The position numbers and the translations under genes were made by a program. A stretch of DNA of 64,000 nt from Octopus vulgaris (lineage: Eukaryota), in the NCBI GenBank assembly GCA_951406725.2, contig OX597825.1:65348001-65412000 (forward strand), read 5' to 3'. The notes beneath the pieces were generated by a model. The model saw nothing but the letters and a program-made list of their open reading frames with translations, made no database searches and had not been told where the DNA came from. Positions 25,514-38,942 of this stretch are shown in pieces. Positions within the stretch are counted from its first letter, which is position 1. Every line of letters starts with the position of its first letter.

Positions 25514-25544
25514 AATGTGTATATATATTCTATATATATATATA

Positions 25545-25815
25545 CAAATACAAAATGCTATTGGATTTTACTCATAAGTATTGGAATCTTATATGTATAC
25601 CATTCTGCCTAAAAAATAGATCTACAAATAAAACATCCCTACATATCACATCTATTTTCTTTTCTTTCCTCCACCTCACTCTCTATTTTATATCATATCT
25701 CCGATGAAGGGATATAATAAATAACCTGGAAACAGCTCTAAGACTTTCTATCTATAAATGTTCTAAAATCTACACAGCCTTGGTTTTTTATCTCATTGCG
25801 AAAAAAATTATATAT
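25545..25815 (+). mobile_element. PLE-like short element with degenerate hammerhead-like motif (25698-25743)
   Basis: tct-CCGATGA-AGG...CCTG-GAAAC-AGCT-CTA-aga, embedded between (TA)n tracts. Confidence 0.45.
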
Positions 25816-25828
25816 ACAATATATATAT

Positions 25829-25877
<49 letters not shown>

Positions 25878-26671
25878 GAAGGCACCACATGCGCACCTAT
25901 ATCGCTAAAAATAGAAGTCAAAAATACTTCTTTACCACAGTATAGTCACAAATCTAATACAGTCGTGGTAGGAAAAAATTCCAGTGAATATTAAAAACGT
26001 CTTACCTCTACTACGTCAGCACAAGCAATACTGGTCACCTTGGAACCGGTGTGTATATATATATTTTATACTGTATGTATATATTTTATTATTTTGCCTG
26101 TACGGCTGATAAATTCGCTTGCCACACGTGGTGGTATTTTAATGATACCATCCCTTCTTTTATATATATAGAACTTTTATTAATCACTATTATTGTTTCA
26201 ACTCATCTAGCCTAATGAACATTGTTATAGTTACCGTGCTCTACAAGTAAGATGCCAGCTACTATTAATCTGGACGTGTACGTCTAGGCCTGAGAGAGCT
26301 TTTAGATGAAAACCGCCCTTTTCCCTTCCATACAAGTCCCCATTCTCCACACTACTGATGTTTTCCAAGTGAAAAACCGGTAACTTTGGCAGACACTAAC
26401 TACTTGGCACCTATGACATATCACAAACACTGAAATTAGAAATCAAAAGGTTAGAACACATACCACTTGATAGCTTGACTGACCCTATGACAGACACGCC
26501 AAGCCATCGCTTTGGTTTGATGCGTTTGTTTGTTTTCTTTTACCGACCCCTCAAAGGATAAAACATAAACCTGACCTCAGCGGGATTTGATCTACAGGAT
26601 GAAGATAGAATAAATACAGCAAAGTATTCACTAGATTTTTTAGCGATGTAGCGAATCTGCTACTTCCTCTC

Positions 26672-26714
26672 CATATATGTATGTGTGAGTGTGTGTAGGT
26701 GTGTATGCGTATAT

Positions 26715-26773
<59 letters not shown>

Positions 26774-26920
26774 TATATGCATATATATGTGTAGCTATAT
26801 ATGTATATGTGTGTATGTGTATATATGTGTTGGAGTGTATGTGTATGTGTGTATGTATATACATATATATTATTTATATGCATATGTGTGTGTGTGTGTG
26901 TGCGTGTGTGTATGTATATA
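26672..26920. repeat. (TA)n/(TG)n microsatellite
   Basis: Directly visible. Confidence 0.9.
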
Positions 26921-27084
26921 GACCATATACAATTATGCATGCTTGTATTTATTACATCGTGTGTGCGTGAGATCCTATGAATGCTTGTTTGTTGCCCTTG
27001 AGATTTTATGTACTGCATGTGTTAATATGAGCAGCAGTAAGCATATACGGAAGTGTTAAGAAATCGTCGTATATACATTTACAT

Positions 27085-27199
<115 letters not shown>

Positions 27200-28253
27200 T
27201 TTATCTGCCCAACTATCTGTATATTTATACGCTTATTTCTATCTCTCTTCCACTTTCTCTGGTATATGTACTTGCGTGTGAATACATAGGAAACGTGATT
27301 GTAGAATTAAATTTATACAAGCACAAATACAACACATACATACTACACATGTACAAATGCGATTTCACCCAATCACGTATGGGTATATATGTGCATGCCT
27401 TCTTATGTAATGCTTGCTTTTATGTATGAGAATTCAATGGCGGTGGAGGTGAACCTGGTCTGGAATTATGTGATATAATGTAAACACAGAAGTGATACAC
27501 TTTGGTTAAGAAATAAACTAAATTTACTGTAGAGTTTTTTGAAATTCTATACATTATGTCTGTTGGAGACAGATATTTAATAAACCAGAGGTGTCTGACT
27601 TAGTGTCTTATTCTGACGTATGTTAACGTCTTTGGAAATACCATTAAGATGCTAGTGCCAAGATTAATTCTTTTCAGGCATGATTCTTGGTGCCAATATC
27701 TGTGCGTGCCAAACATTTCTTCCTTTTCGTTTTTAATTTCTTCCTTTGTGTTTTAAATAGTGCTCACCCAAAGGTTTCAATGTTATTAATTAATTTTTAA
27801 ATTACAATTAATTTAACCATCGATCCAGTAGATTTATGATCACAGTTTTCTCAAACGTGACTATTCCATTGAAATCCAGAACCAATTTATCCAGAATTTC
27901 CTTTGACTTTAAATCAGCCTGGCGTGACTTGAGGAAGGTGTGGCTTCTGCTTCTCAAAAGTGGATCAAGGAGCAAGTGAGCAGAGGTGAATTCGTTGACT
28001 CAATGGATGATTTGAACTCAATATTAAAAGCTCAAACAGCTAGGGCTCCCACAGAATTTATAATTCAATTATTATAATTACAATTTAATTTAGGGCATAC
28101 ATTCTTTGCTTTGCAGTGCAGTTATTGAGTGCGGTGATGTCATTTGAGCATAACTATCTACCTCAATATACTTCCTGAAGCTGAGCTATCTCGATGATTC
28201 AAGCCTCTTGAACCATCGAGTAAGCAGGTTATTATACGGTAACCCAAATAGCT

Positions 28254-28309
28254 AGATATCCTTTATATAACCAGATATCCTTTATATAACCAGATATCCT
28301 TTATATAAC
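28254..28309. repeat. 19-bp minisatellite, three copies (agatatcctttatataacc)
   Basis: Three consecutive copies, the third lacking its last base. Confidence 0.95.
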
Positions 28310-29415
28310 ATTTTACAGTCTTAAAACAGCAAAGGACCCACTGGATACTCTATAGTCGAAATGGCGGATTACTACGGCTGGAGTTTCTTTGATTAGATCT
28401 CATCTGAAGCCAAACAAACGCGTCATCAACACCAACACTATCTTGAAATCGCCAACTACTTGTTAAGTACTCAGTCGCCGAAGAAACTTTATTACAAAAA
28501 AACTCCACAGTGATGTTAACCTTCTAGCAATCAACGATCGTTTGTTTGTTTTAAATACTTTAACAAGATTTGGTTTCCCTCGTTTTCTTATAAGTCCTCG
28601 TGTTATGCTTAGATAAATGATAAATATGAATGCAAATGAAAAATACAAGAGCAACAACAACAACAAAATTTGATTTCCAGTTTCAGTTCCAAAACCAATG
28701 TTGCATAATTATAATCTGTATCTATAGAAAAGTAAACTTTGAAGTTCCATGATAACATCTCCAAGGTTATTTGCAAACGTATATATAGTTTCAATACGAA
28801 AACAATCAAATTTTGGCAGATTGTCAAGTACATTTGAACCTAATTTCAAAGAGAGACGCAGTTTACATCCATAACTTCAGTTGAATGTGATTACATGTTA
28901 GTGCAGTGATATATATATATAGAGAGAGAGGGAGAGGGAGAGAAAGAGAGAGAGAGAGAGAGACGATAGCACTCTTGTATGTTAGTACATTCATGTCATA
29001 TCTCTATGTGATAATATAATCCGGTGCACTTCCCCAGATAATATCTATTTATCCGCGACGTGTGCGTGCGAAGATGTGTCTGTGTTTTTGTGTATTTGTA
29101 TGGTTTGTGTGTGTGTGTTTGCATGTGGGTATGTGTGTGTGAGTGCTGTATATGAACGAGTAATTTGTTTATGCAGTAACAGGTCGATATTTAATACATT
29201 TACCAAATTGTTAATTAATGTATGCATTGAACTTAGCCAAAGGGAGTATATATGTTTTTTGAGCAAAATTTCCTTGAATTGGACAAATGTCGTCAGAAGA
29301 CGTTTGAGGAATGGTACATGCGTCATATTATCTTTTTCCCAGGCATATTTTGATATTCAAATTGGCAACATTTCCTTAAATACATAAATACAACTTTTAC
29401 AGTAAATATTATATA

Positions 29416-29634
29416 TTGGTTTCAAATTTTTGCACAATGCCAACTAGTTCGAGGACGGAGATAAACCGATTAGATCGACCCCAATGTTTCACTGGTACTT
29501 AATGTATCGACCTCGAAAGGATGAAAGGTAATGTCGACCTCGGGGGAATATGAACTGAGAATAATAATAATAATCCTTTCTGCTGGAAGCACAAGGCTTC
29601 AAATTTTAGGGAAAGGGATTTAGTCGATTACATC
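29416..29634 (-). mobile_element. Family C SINE fragments
   Basis: cgattagatcgacccc..ctggtacttaatgtatcgacctcgaaaggatgaaagg..gtcgacctcgg, with a second tail at 29570-29634. Confidence 0.75.
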
Positions 29635-30109
29635 CTTTTATTTTTTTATTTTTGTCCAGGTGATGATTTATAGATTTTAACACAGGTTTGATTAAAGGCA
29701 ATAGAGAACCATGTCATTAGGTTAGCTTAGAGACATACTGTTTTATAATCCATTGTTGGTAGTTTGACTCGGACCAAAACCAGGCTAGCCTGTCGAGGAG
29801 TGTTCTATGTAATCAGCAGGGCGGAAGCAATACCAGTCCTTAAACGAAAGAGCCCAATGAAAAATGAACGTCTACCTAATGATAGTACACAACAAAGTAC
29901 TGGTGATGGTGATACCTAAAAGCCCCCTTAAAAACCCGAAGGTTTAGCGTTTATCATACAGGTAAAAGAAGGTTAGTGTCTGACATTGGATAACTCACTT
30001 CCTGGAAAGACAATTTGAATTTGTCTTCAGTTTTAACTAAACGAGGTAGGAAACTGAAAATTACGTATTATACATTAAAAAAAACTCACATATATATACA
30101 GACATACGC

Positions 30110-30450
30110 ATACAATACCTCTATCACTATAAACAATATACACCTCTACACCTCCGTCCTCTAGAAGCCTACAGACTCCCACTCTTAACCCCACTACTCT
30201 TCCTCTCACTCCAAACACTCTAGAGCTACATAACATTCTTCAGTTCCTTTCAACTTCGTCGATTTTGCAGCATTCATTCGGATTTCAATTTCGTTTTGTC
30301 TCTCTTACCACGTCTCTCTTTGCTACCACTTCCTGTCTGCGTATGAAGCATCGTCTTGCGTTCCACATCAGTTGCAGCCAGTTTCTGAAACGTACAGGAT
30401 GTAAAAAATTGCTCTCTACCTGTCTACTTTACCCTGAAGCAGTTCCTTTA
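30110..30450 (+). mobile_element. Degenerate PLE pLTR-like fragment with hammerhead remnant (30331-30399)
   Basis: C/T-rich body. tcctg..CTG(cgt)ATGAAG...GAAAC-GTA-cagga, with stem I tcctg/cagga. Confidence 0.35.
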
Positions 30451-30592
30451 TACATACATACACTGACACACACACACACACTTACTCCCACACACACATA
30501 TATACGTGTGTATGTACGTATGTATGAATGTATGTAATTTATATTGCCGTCCACACGAAATGTATTATATCATGAAAATGTACAAGAAATAT

Positions 30593-31002
30593 ATTCTTAT
30601 CTACTCTAGGAACAACACCCGAAATTTTGGGGTAGAGGGCCAGTCGTTTAGATCGACCCCAGTATGTAACTAGCACTTAATTTATCGACCCCAAAAGGAT
30701 GAAAGGCAAAGTGGAGCGCGGCGGAATTTGAACTCAGAACGTAAAGGCAGAAGAAATGCCGCTAAGCATTTCTGCCAGCTTGCAGCATTGCAGACTGTCA
30801 AAATATTCTTTTCTACTCGAGGCACAAGGCCCAAAATTTTTCGTGAGGGGGGCGAGTCGATTAGATCGACCCCAGTACGCAACTGGTACTTAATTTATCG
30901 ACCCCGAAAGGATGAAAGGCAAAGTCGACCTCGGCGGAATTTTAAGACAAAATACCGCCAAGCATTCGCCCGGCGTGCTAACGTTTCTGCCAACTAGCCG
31001 CC
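30593..31002 (-). mobile_element. Two tandem family C SINEs
   Basis: 30593-30790 and 30803-31002, both with aatttatcgacccc.aaaggatgaaaggcaaagt. Confidence 0.9.
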
Positions 31003-31450
31003 TTGTTCATGAAATACATTAGATTAGATAATTTCAAGTTAAAATACTTTTCTAGATTTTATACTAGGAAAAGACTAGGAAAACAAAGAGAAAACAAATA
31101 TATGTCAATTACATTATCATATCGGGACATAGGGGTGTACCTCCAAGCCACAACGCGACCTGTTTCATGAATTAACTTTAAGGAAATGTACCGAACAATA
31201 TCCACAGCTTAGTGTATAATAGTCTCAACGGGATGAAAGCTTGACACCAACCGAACAAAAAAAATTATTATTCATGAGTGAAAAAATCACCCTCAAAGAA
31301 TTTAATTGCTACTAAATAATGCACACATGGGAGGCAAAGAAAGCAAAGCTTCCTAGTATAGAAAGGATATTGATACAAGTAATCTACTGAAGGAAGTATA
31401 CCTGCAGAATTTACACACAAGCGTGCACACACGTCTATATTTATATGTGT

Positions 31451-31690
31451 GTGGGTTCGTCTGAAGATCGCAGTAACGTGAAACTCGAATCGCGAAACCC
31501 ACTTTCGGTTTCATTTTATCCGTTTCAATAAAAATTGTATGTGTGTGTATGTGTGCGTGTGTATGCGTGTGAGTGCGTGTGTGTGTGTATGTACGTGAGT
31601 ATGTACGTCTGAAGATTGCTGTAGCGGGAAAATCGAAATGCAAAACCTACTTCCAGTTTCATTTTATCCGTTTCAATAAAAACCGCATAT
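31451..31690 (+). ncRNA. Tandem pair of type I hammerhead-like motifs, 148-nt period
   Basis: CTGAAGA at 31461 and 31609. Copy 1 is gtgggttcgt-CTGAAGA-tcgc agta acgt-GAAAC-TCGA-ATC-gcgaaacccac. Copy 2 is CTGAAGA-TTGC tgta GCGG-GAAA. Both are followed by gtttcattttatccgtttcaataaaaa and (TG)n. Confidence 0.6.
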
Positions 31691-31721
31691 ATGTGTGCGT
31701 TTGTGTGTGTTTGTATGCGTA

Positions 31722-31755
<34 letters not shown>

Positions 31756-32449
31756 TGTGTGTGCGTGTTTGTTTGCTTGTTTGTTTGTTTGTTTGTATTT
31801 GTGTGGGTGTGTATCCTGCAGCCATCCTTGGTAGGAGCCGGGTATTTTTTTCGCGTACAGCACTAAAGTGCTCATAACACATTTACAGATATTAGAGATT
31901 AGTGTAGCAATATATAGATTCCTTTTCCTCAACAGAAATACCTACTTAATTTTTCCACTGCAATGCTGATAAGTGGTTTCTATATCTGACATCACTTTTC
32001 ATTTTTTCATTTAATGGATGTACTCAAGACTCAGATATTGAATTCTGTGAAAGTTGTTGAGAAAATATTATGAAGTATCTGGAGAGGGATTCTACTCTGG
32101 ACGAAACTAAGCCCAAATCATAAATGGATTTAGTATTTCAAATTGCATATCTTTCCTTTATATCTTTTTTTCTCTATTTTGTCCGTGGCAAGATGACAAA
32201 ATATTTAGTAGAGTTATTTGTTTGAATTGTATGAATGCATGGTACTATGTGTATATGAATATACTTATGTGTCTGTAGACGTGTGTGTGAATGTACGCAC
32301 AAGTGCACGGGTCTGTGTGTATTATATATATAAATATGTTCTGGAAATAATAATAATAATAATAGTAATTATAAGCTTAAACTCTATAAGCGTTTACCGT
32401 GTATTGGTTAGAGGAAATAGTCTAATACTAGTTTAATATGGGTATTAGT

Positions 32450-32708
32450 GGTGGAGGTGCGTGGCTTAGTGGTTAGGGTGTCAGCATCATCATCGTAAGA
32501 TTGTGGTTTCGATTCCTGGACCGGGCGACGTGTTGTGTTCTTGAGCAAAACACTTCATTTCACGTTGCTCCAGTCCACTCAGCTGGCAAAAATGAGTAAC
32601 GCTGCTATGGACTGGCGTCCCGTCCAGCTAGGGAACACATACGCCATAGAAACCGGGAAACTGGGCCCATGAGCCTGGCTAGGCTTTAAAAGGGCACATT
32701 TATTTATT
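32450..32708 (+). mobile_element. Family D SINE (tRNA head plus CORE-like domain), full length with 7-bp TSD
   Basis: A box TGGCTTAGTGG, B box GTTTCGATTCC, ttcttgagcaaaacacttc, (ATTT)n tail. TSD tattagt at 32443-32449 and 32709-32715. Near-identical to 40701-40962. Confidence 0.93.
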
Positions 32709-33799
32709 TATTAGTACGCGTCTAATATCTTATAAAAGTTCTGCTAATCATTGCATTGCTTAGCCCGTCGGTAACGCTGTCAAGTGTTTAGAAAAAAAGA
32801 GGGAGGAAGAAAAGCAGAGGGAAAAAGGAGGAGGGAGAAAAAGATGGGAGAGAAGTGTCCATGACATGAGGTAGAGGGAATGTAATTGTAACGCTTCTAT
32901 GTGGTTAATGGAAGGGAAAGAGAGGAGAAAGAAAAAGAAGTGGGAAGAGAGGATAAGGCGAAGAGTGAGACGGAAAGAAGGAGAACAAGATAGAGGGACA
33001 AAATACGGGGAACGAATAAGAGAGAGAAGCATCCATGGTGGGTGATAGCGGGAACGTAATAATTTTAGCAGAGTGATGATATTCCGATGGTGAGGTTAAA
33101 TAAAGGCAGACAGAGGAAGAGGAGGGAGAGAAAGGTGGTGGTGGTGGTGATTGGATAGTGAAAAGTGTATTTTATTTATTGAACAAAGTTTTTTTATATC
33201 CCCTATCACTTAACGCATGCGCATAAGTGCAATTCCTTGAAATATTCACGCTTATTTATGTGGCAGATATATGCAATTTAACAAAAGGTTGTATCATATG
33301 TACGGGATTTTTTTATTAGGAAAAATGGAAAAATAAGAGTGAAAATTTATTTAATGAGTTCCGTGTATTAAATCTATAAAATTGTGCATATAGTATATAA
33401 ATTGTATATATAAAGTGCAGTAAGTAATCGTCATATTCCAATTTCTTTTCCATGAATAGCAGATGAGCGACTATCGTTTGATACAGACACAACACAGGCT
33501 ACGCTTTCAGGTTTTTTTGGATAAAGTTTTCAGAAATAACCCCATAGGTTTACCATTAATTCCGTGAAATATTTTACTGTCTTCTTCAAGCTTACGTGCA
33601 ACTTACCCATGCATAGTCTCTTTTTCTTTTCTTTTTATTTTTTTGTATACTGAGTGCTTCTCTGAGGTAAGAAAACCCAGCTGGTTCGGGGCTGTATAGG
33701 AGATCATCAGGAAGAGAGTATTTCTTGAGGAGTTCACTAGTGCATTTCTGCTCACCTCACTTTTCAACACTGCATTTATATATATTTTTTGCTGTTGTT

Positions 33800-33885
33800 G
33801 TCTGTATGTATGTATGTATGTATGTCTGTATGTATGTATGTATGTATATATGTAATCTCTCTCTTTCTCATCTTAGTCTACCTTG

Positions 33886-33946
<61 letters not shown>

Positions 33947-34128
33947 GTGTGTATATATATTTATGTATATGTACATATATATATGTATATATATTTTCTT
34001 TTCGTAACATATTTCTACTATATATATGTGTATATATGTATATATATATATAATTGTGTGTGTATATATATGTATGTATGTATGTGTGTATGTATGTATG
34101 TATGTATGTATGTATGTATGTATGTATG

Positions 34129-34161
<33 letters not shown>
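33800..34161. repeat. Compound (TATG)n/(TA)n/(TG)n microsatellite
   Basis: Directly visible. Confidence 0.9.
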
Positions 34162-34569
34162 AATTAATAGCATGCATTTGGACTACCTACTGCGTGTGGC
34201 ACTTAAATCAGATAAAAATTATGAAAGCACGATATAAATCTATAGAAATATAACTCAAAACCGCTTCTGATTTAATGACTTAATCTGCCGTATGTTGACG
34301 GGCTTCTTGTAGAGATTAACACGAATAGTTTTCATATCCATAAAGTCACAATATTTCCTTTAAGATCTTCTCTTGGCAGGTAGAACGATATATTTAAATA
34401 ACGGTTACTAGATCTAGCGTATCACATTTCCTCAGGAAATTTGGTAATGTTACGTACCACACACACATCTAACGTAGTTGGTAACTTTCAAAAATGTAAA
34501 CAGAAATAGTGTGTCATATATGTGTGTAAGCAAATATATATGTATGAGTGTAATATACATACGTAAACA

Positions 34570-34998
34570 GGGTGGTGAGCTGGCAGAACCGTTAGCACGC
34601 CGGGGGAAATGCGTAGCCGTATTTCGTCTGCCGTTACGTTCTGAGTTCAAATTTCGCCGAGGCAGACTTTGCTTTTCATCACTTCGGGGTCGATAAATTA
34701 AGTACCAGTTACACATTGGGGTCGATGTAATCAAACTTAATCCCTTTGTCCTTGTTTGTCCCCTCTATGTTTAGCCCCTTGTGGGCAATAAAGAAATAAG
34801 AAACGTTAGCACACCGGGCGAAATGCTTAGTGGTATTTCGACTGTCTTTATGTTCTGACTTCAAATTCCGCCGAGGTTGACTTTGCCTTTCATCTTTTCG
34901 GGGTCGATAAATTAAGCACCAATTGTGTTCTTGGGGTCGATCTAATTGACTGGCTACTTCCCCAGAAATTTCGAGCCTTGTACCTAGAATAGAGAAGC
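34570..34998 (+). mobile_element. Family C SINE dimer with two different tails
   Basis: Unit 1 ends cccttgtgggcaataaagaaata. Unit 2 restarts at agaaacgttagcac and ends gccttgtacctagaatagagaag. Confidence 0.9.
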
Positions 34999-35174
34999 AT
35001 ATAGATACGTAGACAAATAGATATGCAGATACGGGGATAGATAGATGGGTTGAGAGAAAGAGAGATTATCATATACGTATATACAAAGATATATGTACAT
35101 GCGTGTATATACAATTATATAGGTGCATGCACATATATATACCTATATATATACACATAGATATTTGTGTGGGA

Positions 35175-35222
<48 letters not shown>

Positions 35223-35336
35223 TATATATATATTGATATACAAATGTATGTGTGTACACCTATGGATGTATGGATGGATGTATATATACATGTTTGCGTG
35301 TGTGGGTGTATGTGCGTGTATTCACAGAGACACATA

Positions 35337-35383
<47 letters not shown>

Positions 35384-36198
35384 CTATATAGCCTGTTTTT
35401 AATACTACTGTATCCGTTTTGATGAAGACCTTTTACACGTAGCCGTTTAAGCCTCCTTTAAAGTAGGAAATATAAAATGTGTGATAATGATATGTATTTA
35501 TATATTTTAGTAGTAATTTTATGGATCTTTTGGGGATTGTCAATCCGTCAGATGTTTCCTTATTTTTGTTATCCTATGTAAACAGTATAAAACTTTGGCA
35601 GCTATTTTGCAGCTTGATTACACAAAAATAATAAGCTAATATTCACAACGTATGACATTTTAACAACCTCACCTACGCTTCGCTGTTTTATTATATACAG
35701 TATTATCAGATAGTGCTATACTACGAAGAAGCTTTTTGATGAAGATGTAAGTTATTCTGTCATTTCAATTACCATTGTTATGAATTAGCTTAATACGCTG
35801 CTCAGATTTTTTCTCCTTCACTACTACCACTTTGTCCATTTGTGGCTTTACTGTTTAGCGGTAGGTCTAACAGGGAGCCCCACCGTTTAACACGTGCTTG
35901 GAATTCATATACCTTTTAATTCTGGGTGTTTGTCTTAATAAACACCACCACTTGGCACTGCGCTTCAGTGGTGCTACCTTGGGTTTTGGCGTACCATAAG
36001 TTTTGTCCGCTCTATGCATAATCCATATTGGCCGCCCACTTTCTTAAACGTAATATACATTCAGATACAGCAAATACCCTCTCGCACACCCCAAATTAGG
36101 AGACTGCTTTTTTGGTGTATCTTTAGGATTAGAAAATATACTTTGCACTATTACCTATCAAAACACTTTAGTGCTTTTAACCGTGGGTCGTAGCCCTG

Positions 36199-36523
36199 AC
36201 ACGCTTTTGTGTATTTGCAATGACACCAACATTTTGTAGCTGCGGTTTGTTTCATATGCGTTCGCGACAATGATCTTGAACGCTGAAGCTCCCTTCTATT
36301 TGACCAGATATCGTCACCTTGATCGTGTGCGACTTTAGCGGGATAAATGATACATAAATATTTACACAAGGTGGGACGGTGTTTAACAGGATTTAATTTG
36401 CGCTTCATTCGATATTTGGTCGAATAGAAGGGAGCTCCAGTGATCAAGATCATTGTCGCCAACGCATATGAAACAAACCGCAGCTACAAAATGTCGGTGT
36501 CATTGCAAATATACGAAAGGTGT
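36199..36523. repeat. Long inverted repeat (~115-bp arms, ~96-nt spacer)
   Basis: 36199-36313 is the reverse complement of 36410-36523, with 9 substitutions and 1 indel by eye. Confidence 0.95.
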
Positions 36524-37720
36524 GCTTTTCGTATGCAAAGTGGAAGGATTCGCTCTGATGGCGTTAATTTTGTTCCCAGTGCCCTCCTGGTTCACGTTTT
36601 CCCCGTATCAGACTTGCAGATATTCTGAGTGGGGGTCATCGGAATCAGATTCTCTAGAGAAAGTTCTTAAACGTCTGGGTACTCTTTTTCTGATAACACA
36701 TCACGATGATACGCATAATCATTCTTAACAAATTTCTGGCGGATTTCAACGGGAATATGCTAACGGCTTTCTGAAAGAAATATTTCTTGTATTGAATACC
36801 ATTACATCTCAATATATCTTTCTTGGCAGACACTGTAAAACATCAGAGAAAATGTTTTGCACCTTTGCTGTTCAGATATTTTTGCCACTTCTTTCCAAAT
36901 CAACGTTTCCTTTCGTCATTTCGAAATCAATGAATTGGAAAATAAATCAATCAAGTACTGAAAGTCGATCTAATTGATGTCCCTCTCAAACCTATAAAAT
37001 ATATAGCCAAAGCCTTATTTAAGTGATAAATCAATATGTCTGTCTCTCCTATTTTATAGGTATTGGATGATAGAAGTGATTAGAGTTCTGGACAAAATGA
37101 CCTTCAAGGGTTTGATCATTCAAAGTTTGATCCTTTAACGACATTAATTAAAATACCACCGGCGTTAACTTTGCTTTTGATACTTATCGATTTCAGTTTT
37201 TGTTGCTGTTCTTATTGTTTTTGTCGTTGATGGTGTAGCACTATTGCCCATGTTAGCACTAACTGAGCATATCTTTTATGCATGATCTAACTAGAATACA
37301 TACACATATATATATATATATATGTATATAAAGGCAAGCGATGTGAAGTAGACTTGATTACTTTGATCTCGCTTGTTGAGCAACGATGTGTGTCATAGCT
37401 CTCCGTTGGTTCATTTAGACACGGAATTGATCATATAATCATCACTAATTAAAATGAGCTTGTCCTTCACCAAAAACTATCACAAATTTGTGACTTCATT
37501 ATTTATTTATGTTGCTTTGTCTCAAGATTTCACTATCATGTCCTCAGAAGAAAAGCACCGGATTATTGTTCCTGAGATTGGAAGATTTCTTTCAAATATA
37601 GTTAGTCAAAAATTTTATCTTTTAAGTCAGATCGTCTTAGTCCTTTGTCTTCCAACGAGTGATAGAATGAATGAATGAATACCAATGTATTACAAATAAT
37701 GGGATTCACGAAACCCTAAG

Positions 37721-37788
<68 letters not shown>

Positions 37789-37909
37789 GCATGCATGCAT
37801 GCGCACATACATACATACATACATACATACATACATACATACATACATACATACATACATACATACATACATACATACATACATACATACATACATACAT
37901 ACATACATA
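37721..37909. repeat. (GATA)n joined to (CATA)n microsatellite
   Basis: Directly visible. Confidence 0.95.
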
Positions 37910-37964
37910 GACTTACGTTTGTGAATCCCTCACTCTAATCACTAAGCGACGTGCCTCTACTAAT

Positions 37965-38106
37965 CGTACTCATTTCTACAGCTGTGGGGACTGGAGAAGC
38001 GTGAAGTGAAGTGATTTGCTCAAGAACACAACGCATCGCTCACACCAGGATTCGAAACCACAATCTTACGATCGTGAGCCCTACACCCTAACCACTAAAC
38101 CACGCG
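37965..38106 (-). mobile_element. Family D SINE 5' half
   Basis: gctcaagaacacaacgc..ccaggattcgaaaccacaatcttacgatc..accctaaccactaa is the reverse complement of the family D head. Confidence 0.8.
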
Positions 38107-38678
38107 GTTTCACTCTAGAACATAGAAAATTATAATCCACACAAAACGAATGTGTGTAATCAATAATATCTTTTTAATGTAAAATTCAGATTTCCACCTG
38201 AAAGTTACACTTAAAAGGCTAAAAGTCCGAAGGTTCTACACACCTGGACAATATGTATACACCTGAAGCTGGAGTCTCGAGTATGGCTACAGCTTGGTGG
38301 CAGAAGCTAGTCACTAAATCTACGCATTTCTGTCCTGTCTAGATTATGAAAGATGCAGGGGCGCATGTCTACGTGTTGCCTTAAACACATCTTAACCATC
38401 ACAAAGAGATCTTAGCGTAGAAAACACATAATGTTTCGCAGAAATGCTGCCATAACTATTAACTTAGTAATTCTCACAGCAGGGGAGAATATAATTTTGT
38501 TGTTAGTTTTTTGCATTAAAATCTAGATAAATATACCATTAAATAGAAAGACGACACGGGGTGAATTTGGCTGTTATGGCAATGGTTTTGTATAGAGAAG
38601 CAGAAGCAGCCCTACCACCACCACTGCGACTACTACTACTACTACAACTACCACTACTGTTACTACGAATTATAATAA

Positions 38679-38903
38679 TGGTTTCAAATTTTGGCATCAA
38701 GCCAGTAGTTTTTGAGGGGAGCAGGAATTTGATTACATTCGTATCCACTACTTAACTGGTACTTGCTTTATCGACCCCGAAAAGAGGAAAGCCAAAGTCG
38801 ACCTGTGTGACATTTGAACTCAGAATGCAAAGAGCCAGAAGAAAATCCATTATGCAATTTGTCCGGCACGGTATCGATTCTTCCCACCTTAATAATAATG
38901 AAG

Positions 38904-38942
<39 letters not shown>

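Noticed and set aside
28254-28309. CRISPR-like short direct repeats (also the 31451-31690 pair)
   Set aside because: The copies are adjacent without unique spacers, the context is eukaryotic, and there are no cas genes.
36151-36728. ORFs sharing the peptide THMKQTAATKC on opposite strands
   Set aside because: This is a by-product of the inverted repeat, not evidence of a duplicated gene.
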